This document shows, in pieces, positions 40,269 through 49,948 of a stretch of 64,000 bases of DNA. The stretch's first letter is position 1; the number at the start of each line of letters is the position of its first letter. Both the position numbers and the translations under genes were made by a program. The notes beneath the pieces are model-generated. The model was not told where the DNA came from. It made no database searches and saw only the letters and a list, made by a program, of their open reading frames with translations. Source of the stretch: an uncultured virus (IMG/VR IMGVR_UViG_3300048597_000249) (Duplodnaviria; Heunggongvirae; Uroviricota; Caudoviricetes); IMG/VR virus record IMGVR_UViG_3300048597_000249. One strand, given 5' to 3'.

Positions 40269-40970
40269 ATGAACAGCTATATTTTGTGGGAAGGTGCTTC
40301 CGCTATGGATGGCGCACCTATTGTTTTGATTGTTTCAGGTGTTCAATACAGTGCGAATAGCAAAACTGGCAATATGCTTCAGACGTTTATTCTGCGTCAA
40401 GATATTTTACCAACTGATGCGGTTAAAACTGGTTTAGACTACAGCACCTGTGGTAATTGTCCTCATCGTCCTATTCTTGCAAAAGGTACGGGTCATGCTG
40501 TCTGTTACGTCAATGTAGGCAATGCTGCTAATCAATTGTGGCGCAAGTACAATGCTGGTGAGTTACTTCGTCTACCATCGTTAAAACTACTGGAAGGACG
40601 TAAACTGCGTATGGGTAGCTATGGCGATCCTGCGATGGTTCCTTATAGTGTGTGGAACGATGTGTTGAAAGCGTGTGTTTCTCATACTGGCTATACGTCG
40701 CAATGGCGAGAAGATTTTGCGCAAGATTTTCGCTACTTGTGTCAAGCCAGTGTGTCTTCAATTTCGGCGCAACAAGAAGCATTAGCGATGGGGTGGAAAA
40801 CTTATTTAAACTTGCCGAAAGGTTCTGAAGCACCTGTTGGTAGTGTCGCTTGCCCTAATTCTAGTGATCAAAATATTCAGTGTTTAACGTGTGGTTTGTG
40901 TAATGGTGGTAAAGTTAATGTGTGGGTCGAAGACCACGGTTTAGCCTGGAAGGTAAGAAGTTTAGTATAA
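40269..40970 (+). CDS. DUF7227-like Cys-rich protein
   Basis: NSKTGNM, CGNCPH, CYV, RMGSYGDP, TGYT, CP..C..CGLC. Confidence 0.65.
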   Translation: MNSYILWEGASAMDGAPIVLIVSGVQYSANSKTGNMLQTFILRQDILPTDAVKTGLDYSTCGNCPHRPILAKGTGHAVCYVNVGNAANQLWRKYNAGELLRLPSLKLLEGRKLRMGSYGDPAMVPYSVWNDVLKACVSHTGYTSQWREDFAQDFRYLCQASVSSISAQQEALAMGWKTYLNLPKGSEAPVGSVACPNSSDQNIQCLTCGLCNGGKVNVWVEDHGLAWKVRSLV

Positions 40971-42210
40971 TGTTTCCGAAAAAAGAATTTGTTTACAGTT
41001 GCGGTCATTTCAAAATGGTTCCAGACGATGGTAATTGGAATGATAGTACAAATAGTCCGTGCGACAAATGTTTACAAGAATATATTTTGGGTACTGAAAA
41101 TAATGTCCCAAAATTAACTAATGAAGAAGTACGATATTATATTGATTTATCAGATAAAGTTTCTGATTACGGGTTTGATTCACAATTCCACTAATTAATA
41201 TGAGATTAACCTTAGAAAATTTTTTATTATTGATTGATAATGCTATTGATAATGATTGTTTAACTTTAATAGATGACGACATTATTAGTGAGATACACAT
41301 TGATGGAGAAAATCGTTATTTGTTTATTCGTACAGACGATGACGTAAAAGTGTTTGATGGTTTTTGGTTAGATGATATTATTGTAAATAATAATGGTGAT
41401 ATTATATTTGAAAAAACTGTAATTAAAATTTATAATCAGCAACTTACTAAACAAGACATTAAAACAACATTAGAATATTTTGGCAAATAAAATGCAACGA
41501 CATCTTGACAAAATAATTTTAAAAATTAATAATAATACAGAAACAATGTCGAATAAAAATAAAACAGACAACGACGAATATATTAGAAATGACAATAAAC
41601 TCACTTGGGCAAACGAAAACACAACAACTTATTGACAATCACCCAGATATTTTTTTACAAGATTTTATTAAACAATCTATAAACAATAACCCTAACACTG
41701 TTAACAAAAACAACATTAATTATTTTTCAAACAAGTTATCGATGTTTGATGATTTTAAAAAAGATGTTAATAAATTATTGTTTGAGATTATCGAAAGTTA
41801 TTTAAATAGCGTTGGGTTTGAAAAAGATAAAGATTATTATTATGGGGGAAATTATACTATCAAAACTAATCCTGTAGTGTTTGTTAAGGTTTTAGCGGCG
41901 TATAATTACAATGCTGAATTGGCGAAAATGTTAAAAAATGTTTTAGTATATTAGGATTCAGAATTTTAAAATAGTGTTAATTATGCTCAAAGAACCATTA
42001 AAAGCTGGTAGTGTTGTATATGGTATTTGGAACCATAAAGGTAAAAAAGCAGTTTTAGTCGAACCTTATAATGGTCGTTCTGGATTTGTAAAAATTCGTT
42101 GGGAGAATGGAAAACGGGATTCTTATGTACAATCAGGTAATTTATCTTTGGAAAAACCCGATTAAAAAGTTAAAATATTAGATGTAAATCTAATTTAATC
42201 ATTTGTGTCC

Positions 42211-42499
42211 GATGAAACTGTATAAAAAACAATTGTTGGAAAAAGTTATCCAAAGAATGGGTAAACAATGCGATAAAAAAATTGTGCAAAGTGTAGTTAA
42301 AGAGTTCATTGATGTTATGGGCGAATCGTTACAAAATGGCGATAGTGTAACGTTGGTTAATTTTGGTACGTTTAATACCGCACCTCGTAAAGAGCGTGTG
42401 ATTAATAATTTAATTACCGGCAAACCCGTAAAAATCGATGGGCGTACTGTGCCAGTATTTAAAGCGGCGAAAGCACTGAAAGAACTGGTGAAAAATTAA
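42211..42499 (+). CDS. hup: HU/IHF family DNA-binding protein
   Basis: GDSVTLVNFGTF...RKERVINNLITGKPVKI...VPVFKAAKALKELV; ATG near 42211 preferred. Confidence 0.9.
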
Positions 42500-43142
42500 A
42501 AAGATTGTTGATGGGTCACAATGGGGATAGTTGTGTTATCCCCATTTTCAAACAAAAAAAAGATTATGATATTACCACCGCCAAATACCAAAGTTCTAGC
42601 ATTTCAAAAAGAAGAAGACGATGAAATTACACCTATTATTGCTGTACACATACCAAAGTTCTATCGTAAATTAGAAAAATATGAATTTGAAGATTATGAT
42701 CACGAATATAATAACGATGATGACGACTATTATTGGTTGCCTGGTTGGTATGAGTGTGTAAATAATTGGGGATTTTCTTATATTAAAATTACTTTACAAA
42801 ACAGTATTATCTTTTGGCGCTTAATAGAGTATTATGTATAACTATATAAGAATATAGACGGATAAGATAGCAGACTATAATGTTTACGAAAATTTAATTA
42901 ATAAAATAAAACTATAAAAATATACGTTTTAATAATGTTACGAGATTCTGTATATGAAAATGTCGAATTTTATAGTTAAATGTGCTGAATTACTTAGCAA
43001 ATACGGTAATTTAGAAGTTGTTTGTATAGATTATGCCGTAGATTATTATGATGGAGAATTTGATGTATATCCGAATGTACAACTAACAGTAGTGGAAGAT
43101 CCAAGAGATACGAATAAAAAAGTTTTTAGTATAGAGTAATCA

Positions 43143-43487
43143 ATGAGTAGAAAATATTTTATCAAATCTTTGTTTTATATTGCGTTGTTATATTTCGGCG
43201 CTACAACACCATTAACAGCACAAACAGCAACTTACTATCATCCTAGTCTTGCTGGACGTACCAAAGCTAATGGTCGTGCTTACAACCCAAATGCTATGAC
43301 TGCGGCGAGTAATAATTATCGTCTTGGTACAAGAGTACGTGTTACAAATCGACGTACTGGGAAGAGTGTGGTGGTGACAATTACCGATAGGTGTGGTAAT
43401 TGTAGTATTGATTTAAGTCGTGCGGCATTTCAGCGTATTGCGCCGTTGAAACAAGGACGAGTGCCAGTAAGAGTAACGAGGATTTAA
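43143..43487 (+). CDS. rlpA: RlpA-like double-psi beta-barrel lytic transglycosylase
   Basis: ATYY...ANG..YNPNAMTAA...LGTRVRVTN...SVVVTITDR...IDLSRAAF; signal-like N-terminus. Confidence 0.88.
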   Translation: MSRKYFIKSLFYIALLYFGATTPLTAQTATYYHPSLAGRTKANGRAYNPNAMTAASNNYRLGTRVRVTNRRTGKSVVVTITDRCGNCSIDLSRAAFQRIAPLKQGRVPVRVTRI

Positions 43488-44407
43488 TTATGTCTGAACC
43501 TATTTATCTTTATCGAGTTCCTATTGGGTCATGTAAACCTGTAGAAATCCATAAAATTAAAGTAGCTCGTTTGTCAGAATTACATTACTGGGTAAAATCC
43601 TCTGATGGTGGTGAGAATATGTGGGAACGTTTTGACGAGTCTAAAAATTTGTATGAAACCTATGGTGAGGCAAAACAAGCTAGAATCGTCACTACCGATC
43701 AACAAATATATCAGCTTTATAGTGAAATAAACGCACTGTACAAGCAACTAGAAGACTTAAAACAATATAAACTCGCCTATTTGTCGGACAAAACTCCAGA
43801 ATCGCACCTAAAAGTTGTTAATTAATAATTACGAAAACTATTATTTTAAAGTAACGAGGATTAAATGATAAAAAATTACACAAAACAACAAATTATAATT
43901 GCTAAGGATTTAGCACGACGTTATGTTGAGTTTCACGATGGTCAAGATTGGAAAACAATAAAATTGTGGGGTTTAGCTGATTGGGGACAAATTTCTAAAT
44001 TGTTGAAAAACGACGATGTAGTAACAGATATGACTAAAGACAACAAAACATTGTGGTATTATCCGAGTGAAAGTTTTTATAATAATTTAGTGAAATATTT
44101 TATTGAAGAATATCGTAATGATAATCGTTGTAATAAAAATGTAATTTGGTTTTTGGAGAGTTAAATGGATAACGAAACAAAAAAAGAAGATTGTATAGAA
44201 AGTGTTGAATATTTAATTAGTTTGGTATACAATAATTTACAAAAATACAGAGAAGAATATAAAAACAATGTAGTTCTGTACGACGATTTAACTAGGCAAA
44301 TAGTTTATTTAAGCGAAGCGTTATCTGATTTGGCGGTATATAACATTTTAGAAGAATAATGCGGTAATTCAACATTTATTAGAAAATTCAGAAAATATCG
44401 AAAAATA

Positions 44408-45040
44408 ATGCCAACAGAAACTAAAGAAAAAAGACAACGACATAAATTAGACGCATATTATACCGCCGAAAAATTAACACAAGCATTGGTTCATAATGTT
44501 TTGGCGCAATATATTACACCAAATACTACATTTCTAGAACCGTGTAATGGTTTAGGTGCAATTTCATCCGTAATTGACGACTATGTGTTTAGCACATATC
44601 CTTATTGTGAATTCGGCGATATTGTAGAGTGTTGGGACATTGATCCTGAATTAATGGATGGTCATAACGATAAAATTTGCGATTCTAGTTTGGAAGAATC
44701 CTGGTATGGTGTGATGGTGGATTGGGTGGTGTCAAATCCGCCGTATACGCAACCTGAATGTCAGCAGATAATTGAACATAGCTTTAACCATGTGCGATGC
44801 GGTATAGCCATGCTTCTGCGTCTGTCGTACGATGAACCGTGTGCTGGACGTGCTGAGTTTTTGCAGAATACGTTGATGTCGCATCAGATTATTTTCAACC
44901 CCAGACCACAATTTCGCACAGATACTAAAGGAACTGATAACGTAACGAGTTGTTGGTTTGTTTGGTTGAAAGAAGATTTTGCAAAAGAGTGTGGTATTGC
45001 TCAGACTGAAAAAATTTATGTTACCGATTGGCGCAGTTAA
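44408..45040 (+). CDS. DNA amino-methyltransferase (N6-adenine type)
   Basis: DAYYT, FLEPCNGLGAI (SAM binding), VVSNPPY (catalytic). Confidence 0.85.
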   Translation: MPTETKEKRQRHKLDAYYTAEKLTQALVHNVLAQYITPNTTFLEPCNGLGAISSVIDDYVFSTYPYCEFGDIVECWDIDPELMDGHNDKICDSSLEESWYGVMVDWVVSNPPYTQPECQQIIEHSFNHVRCGIAMLLRLSYDEPCAGRAEFLQNTLMSHQIIFNPRPQFRTDTKGTDNVTSCWFVWLKEDFAKECGIAQTEKIYVTDWRS

Positions 45041-45407
45041 ACACTAGCTAACAATATGAGCAGGATAGATAAGAAGTACGTTCACAATAAAATGTAGATG
45101 AAACCGCTATCTGGTATAGGTTTCGGTGTTTTACGAAAATATAACGACGCTATACTAATTGCTATAATGAGGTTATATTATGTATGTAAAATATTATGGT
45201 AAAAAGGATAAGTTACCAACGAGAAGTAGTTGATTATCAAACAGGTGAAGTTGCTAGTAAAATAACTGAATACAAGTTTTGTAACAGTAAAGAAAAATTT
45301 TTTATGATCAATCCTAATATTATTTTCCAACGTGGTACTAAATCTTTAATAGAAAAACGCGACAAATATGAAAGTTTTAAATATAAAAATTTAACATAAA
45401 TTAAACC

Positions 45408-45671
45408 TTATTCGCCCACATTTAACTCTTTTCTCAGACGTTCGTAATCTTCTAATAGTTCGTTATACCGTTCTATATCATCTTTAGTAGCGTCATTTTT
45501 GGCGGTAAGATAACCCAGTATGCCTGTAATACCAGAAAGTGATATAGTACCGAAAATACCAATTGCTTTGTCGGCAAGTTTTTCATCGGCGAAATGAGCG
45601 TATACTAGTGTGGATAACGCAATTACACCAGCATAAAGTAAAACATATTTGGCGAGACGATTATCCATCAT
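45408..45671 (-). CDS. Two-TM membrane protein with C-terminal coiled coil
   Basis: From MMDNRLAK: two hydrophobic helices then a charged tail. Confidence 0.55.
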   Translation of the reverse strand: MMDNRLAKYVLLYAGVIALSTLVYAHFADEKLADKAIGIFGTISLSGITGILGYLTAKNDATKDDIERYNELLEDYERLRKELNVGE

Positions 45672-45717
45672 TTTTTCAAACCAGACAAATATACTAACTA
45701 TTATAAGCGATAAAAAT

Positions 45718-46326
45718 ATGCTCAAAGAATATAATAATTCAGATTTATACGATGAGTTGGTTAGCAAAATCAAGTTACATCATCCGCATTACTATATTGA
45801 AAATTTTGATGATCACGAAAAAAAGACTGTTAGTAGTTATGATACGACCAAGTTAGATGTAAAAATATGGTTAAATGAGGGTTCGTCTAAAACTATAACA
45901 AAAACGGATTTTATTGAAAAATTAAATAAGGATACTTATCGTATTCAGGATAGTCGTTTTTATATTTCGTTTGACGAAATCCCCAAAGCTAAACTTATAT
46001 TATCTAATAAAGATCCAGTTAATCCAGATGCTTATAAACAAGGTGAAATTGAGCGTATTATTGAAAAAGAGTGTGACGCAATTAAAGAACTTTTGTTAGA
46101 GAAGAATCGTAAATATGGAAATAGTGCGTTGTCGCCATTAAGGATTTTTTCTAAAGCGGATTGTATTGAACAGATTAATGTACGAATTGATGATAAATTA
46201 AGTCGTATTAAAAATGCACAGGATGATGAAGATGAAGATGTTGAAAAAGATTTAATCGGTTATATGATTTTAAAACGTGTTGCCAAAAGATTAAATAAAG
46301 ATGACGGAATTATGGTTCGTCTGTAA
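45718..46326 (+). CDS. Protein with C-terminal nucleotide-modification-associated domain 1 (DUF1599-like)
   Basis: LLLEKNRKYGNSAL...VRIDDKLSRI...DVEKDLIGY; ATG 45718 preferred. Confidence 0.75.
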   Translation: MLKEYNNSDLYDELVSKIKLHHPHYYIENFDDHEKKTVSSYDTTKLDVKIWLNEGSSKTITKTDFIEKLNKDTYRIQDSRFYISFDEIPKAKLILSNKDPVNPDAYKQGEIERIIEKECDAIKELLLEKNRKYGNSALSPLRIFSKADCIEQINVRIDDKLSRIKNAQDDEDEDVEKDLIGYMILKRVAKRLNKDDGIMVRL

Positions 46327-46329
46327 ATT

Positions 46330-46632
46330 ATGTTTTTATCTGATATCGCCAATTTTTCAATCACATACAGAAGGAAGGTTTTTCCCAAGTATAATTCTCC
46401 AATAGATTCTGACCGACCTGGTAAGAAGAAGATGGTATTGGCGAAAGATGGAGATAAAGTTAAATTACTCCATTTTGGTCACGAGAAATATCAGGATTAT
46501 CGAACCCACAAAGATAAAAAGCGTAGGGCGAACTATTTAGCACGTAGCGGGGGGATTAAGGATAAAAATGGTAATTTAACAGCAAATAATAAGCTCTCAA
46601 GCAACTTTTGGAGTAGATCCACTCTCTGGTAA
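46330..46632 (+). CDS. DUF5754-like basic protein
   Basis: GKKKMV...LHFGHEKYQDY..HKDKKRRANYLAR...SSNFWSR..LW. Confidence 0.7.
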   Translation: MFLSDIANFSITYRRKVFPKYNSPIDSDRPGKKKMVLAKDGDKVKLLHFGHEKYQDYRTHKDKKRRANYLARSGGIKDKNGNLTANNKLSSNFWSRSTLW

Positions 46633-47373
46633 CATAATTTCCTCACACAAGTAACCTTTATAGTTTTTCATTTTTCCTTTAGCAAGTTTTGCTAAACAAC
46701 TTACATCTAGGTTATCGTGTTGTTTACAAAACCAATTTAAACCGATAACACAAAATTGAATTTCATCTGGTGTTGTTATTAGATATCTTTTTGACGAATT
46801 GATACTTTGTTTTTCACGATGCTCTTTTGTTACAGCTGCTTGCATTATTTTGATAATTTCTTTATTTCGCTTTTTATACTTTTCTGTTGTTGTTTTATTG
46901 ATTCTAGGTTCAACTTTTTTACCGTCTATACTAATAATACGCCAACCTTTACAAGAGCATCTTTCGCCTCGTGCTACTTTATAAAAGTCTGTAAAATCTA
47001 TATTATGCTTTTTACAAAATTCAACTACTTTGTTTGTTTTGATAATTAACCCACTATCGTTAATTACCTCATATAGTTTGCTAGGTCTATTACCAGTAGG
47101 ATATGTTACTTTCTTGCTCATATTTAATGGTGGTTGAAAAGTGTCAATATAAGACTGTTCTAATTTCAACAATTCTACATGTGTTTTTGCGCTATCTATA
47201 ATACGAAACAAATATTTATCAGGATATTGATTAAAGACATTTTGTAGATATTTGTTAACATGTTTGTTTTTGTTTAACTGATTTAAATGTGTGGATTCTC
47301 GTTGTTTAATATGTTTTGTGCTACCAATATAGAAATAATTTGTATCTAAAAATTCAATAAGATAAATAAACAT
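46597..47373 (-). CDS. GIY-YIG homing endonuclease (free-standing)
   Basis: FIYLI...FYIGST...R...H...HVNKYLQ...EQSYID; two C-terminal NUMOD-like repeats (FCK.H...KGW/KGY). Confidence 0.88.
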   Translation of the reverse strand: MFIYLIEFLDTNYFYIGSTKHIKQRESTHLNQLNKNKHVNKYLQNVFNQYPDKYLFRIIDSAKTHVELLKLEQSYIDTFQPPLNMSKKVTYPTGNRPSKLYEVINDSGLIIKTNKVVEFCKKHNIDFTDFYKVARGERCSCKGWRIISIDGKKVEPRINKTTTEKYKKRNKEIIKIMQAAVTKEHREKQSINSSKRYLITTPDEIQFCVIGLNWFCKQHDNLDVSCLAKLAKGKMKNYKGYLCEEIMLPESGSTPKVA

Positions 47374-47451
47374 TCTTTAATAAAATAATACGTAATTGTA
47401 TTATAATATTTATAATTTCTAATTAGGTTAGAAAAATTTTATGGTGATGTA

Positions 47452-47481
47452 TTGACAGTTTTTTAAATTTTGGTTTACTAT
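47452..47481 (+). promoter_or_regulatory. Sigma70-type promoter for the tRNA-like RNA
   Basis: TTGACA-N18-TACTAT ending 9 nt before the RNA 5' stem. Confidence 0.65.
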
Positions 47482-47489
47482 AGTTACAA

Positions 47490-47671
47490 CCTAGTCTGGC
47501 TTGGTAGCCACAAGTTGAAACGGAACTTGCAACCGAAAAGGAAACTATAACGTTCAGTTGAAACCAAAAATTTGCGAATCCACCGAGCAGCCTCGCGAGT
47601 GGTTGTCAGGGAAGGGCGTTTCATTTGGTTTCTTAATATAGTTATTAGGGGTTCAATTCCCCTGACTAGGA
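47490..47671 (+). ncRNA. 182-nt tRNA-like structured RNA
   Basis: CCTAGTC/GACTAGG+A acceptor stem, AGGGG-TTCAATT-CCCCT T-arm, TGGCT/AGCCA and CAAGTT/AACTTG hairpins, long internal stem. Confidence 0.65.
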
Positions 47672-48297
47672 CTTAGATTATTATGTAAAATATGCAAAAT
47701 TTTAATTATCGTGATTTATTAAAAAAATATATCGAACATGTAGGAGAAGAAGAAGGAATTACTTTTCTTGGAGATAGTCGTAAAAATAGTAATATATTTA
47801 GCGAAGAAGAATGGGAAGAACTTAAAGAACTAGAATATGAAAGTGCTGTAGATTTTGGACATATTAAAGATGATGATGAGAAACCCTGACAGAATTGAAC
47901 CGATTTTAAATGAGTTGAAAACGTTGTGGTTAAAATATCCTGATTTACGCTTAGGGCAACTTATTTCGTTATGTAATCGAGATGTTTTTAACATTGGGGA
48001 TGTTGAATTAATTACAATTTTAAAAAATAAACTAAATGTTAACGACAAATAATTCTGGCGATATTTGCGGATGTTTACCTGGTGGTATCCTAGGTTTTGC
48101 GAGTAATAGCACTGAAAAATGGTTTGATATTTGGTGAGATTATTTTTATTTTTCAATAGCATCGAGAGAACCTTTTTCAAAAGAAAATGAAAAAGAATAT
48201 GTTCATAGTTATCTGTATTTGTTAAATCCGTTTGGGATACAGTTAACAAAAATTATTTATTATGGTAAGTTCATTATTCTTGTGGAGTTAGATAGTT

Positions 48298-48591
48298 ATG
48301 CCAGTAGCCGATAAAGTTAATAGTATTGTTGAGTTGTTAAATCGTGCGTTTAAAAAAGACCCTGCGGTTAATTTAGTTTTAATTAACGACGATTATTTGT
48401 ATGAAGGAATTGTGCGTGAAGCATTAATGTCGGTGTTTGGATATTCGGTGCAAAAAGCACGTGAGTTAATGATGGCGGCGCATCAGTTTGGTAGTAGTAT
48501 TATCTGGAGTGGAGAACGTGGTAAAGCAGAAGAATATGCTGTGATTTTGCGAATTCGATATGGTATTACAACTGAGATTGTAGATGATTAA
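48298..48591 (+). CDS. clpS: ClpS-like N-degron adaptor
   Basis: LVLINDDY....V..AL..VFGYSVQKA.ELMM.AHQFGSSIIWSG...KAEEY. Confidence 0.8.
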   Translation: MPVADKVNSIVELLNRAFKKDPAVNLVLINDDYLYEGIVREALMSVFGYSVQKARELMMAAHQFGSSIIWSGERGKAEEYAVILRIRYGITTEIVDD

Positions 48592-49245
48592 ATACGATTT
48601 AGAAATATTTTACATAAAAAATGAAGAAGAAAAATCAGTATTAAAACTTTTTGATTGTGATATCGAGCATCAAAATTTAATTAGTCTATATGGTGAAAAA
48701 GTTAAAAAAATATTATTTGTCTACAAACCACCAACTTATCGCGTAAATTCTTATAAATATGAAGAATATCAAACTAGCGACTATGATTTAGATTATGTTG
48801 AGTTATACGGGGATGCTGTAACTTTAAAAAATATTATAGATGAGTTAATAAAGGAAAATGACGAGTACAATAGACAATGATATTTTTTCCAATAACGAAG
48901 TCACCACTTGTATTGGATATTTTGGGACAACTTGTAAACATTTAAAATTCCGTAAGCAAGGATTAGTTCCAGTTTGTGGTAAATATAAAGTAGACTTGGA
49001 TGTTGGTGCAAAACGTTGTAGGGAGTGTTTAAAAAATGAGTAATTATTACGCTATGAAACAATATATTATTGGTGATAATCACTGCAAAGAATATCGGTA
49101 TGTTGTGACTGACTGGAATATAACAGTTGATTGTCCAGGTGTCGAAATTGAATATCAAGAATTTGAAGATAAACAATGGGTAACAAAAAATAATATTTCG
49201 ATGGGGGAAAAACCGTTTGATTTACTAGTTGAAGTTTTAAATGAG

Positions 49246-49576
49246 ATTAAAAATTCTGAGTTAACAAAAGAAGATTATTAAAATGGGCATTAAATTAGCA
49301 AAAATTCTAGTTGAAGTTATTGACGATAGTTATTTGCGTGAAGACTATTCTGGTCGTGGTATGTTTGGTAAAACTACAGCCGGTTTTGTCGTGGATAATT
49401 TAGCTGATACTATGTCTGCGATCATTAATTGTGCAGATGTTTTTATTGATATTGAAGATGGGGATGTTTACCCTATGTTTGGAGATGTTCGTTTAAAAAT
49501 TGACAACATGGGTAAAGGATATATTATTTATTAAAAATTCTGAGCTAACAAAAGAAGATTACTAAAATGGGTATTA
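49246..49576 (+). repeat. 47-bp direct repeat pair (49246-49292, 49530-49576)
   Basis: ATTAAAAATTCTGAG(T/C)TAACAAAAGAAGATTA(T/C)TAAAATGGG(C/T)ATTA, 3 mismatches. Confidence 0.9.
49283..49534 (+). CDS. Conserved hypothetical phage protein
   Basis: DYSGRGMFGK...DNMGKGYIIY motif. Confidence 0.7.
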   Translation: MGIKLAKILVEVIDDSYLREDYSGRGMFGKTTAGFVVDNLADTMSAIINCADVFIDIEDGDVYPMFGDVRLKIDNMGKGYIIY

Positions 49577-49777
49577 TTTATAAAAAACTATACTGTCCTT
49601 ATTGCAATCATCCGCATAATGATGAAGATAAGGTAGTTGATGTTTTGGGCGAAGATTTGCAAACAACTATTCAGAAAAATTTTGGCAAACAACCTCATCG
49701 AAAACATTATTGCTATAGTTGTGAAAAAATATTCATAGATCCTAACAACGAAAAATCAATTTCTAAACATTAAAATT

Positions 49778-49939
49778 ATGAACACAATTGTTACAGATAC
49801 AACGCTTAAAGTTAAACGAGTTAATAAAGAAGCTGTTATTCCCAGTTATGCGCATGATGGAGATGCTGGGTTAGATTTGTCGAGTATGGTGTCTGTGACG
49901 CTTAATCCTGGTGAACAGAAAATGATAGTTAGTGTTTGA
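49778..49939 (+). pseudogene. Truncated dUTPase N-terminal fragment (not in ORF track)
   Basis: MNTIVTDTTLKVKRVNKEAVIPSYAHDGDAGLDLSSMVSVTLNPGEQKMIVSV*: only motif I (DAGLDL). Confidence 0.8.
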
Positions 49940-49948
49940 AAAAAAAAA

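Noticed and set aside
46330..46632. Gene truncated by GIY-YIG insertion
   Set aside because: The ORF ends in an apparently complete S-x-N-F-W-S-R-x-x-L-W motif
47490..47671. tmRNA (an internal frame GCG AAT… reads ANPPSSLASGCQGRAFHLVS*)
   Set aside because: No G3:U70 alanine identity, much shorter than tmRNA, the frame runs through the closing stem and has no Ala-rich C-terminus
47490..47671. tRNA containing a group I intron
   Set aside because: Insert is too short, no P7-type core recognised, and no canonical anticodon loop can be rebuilt
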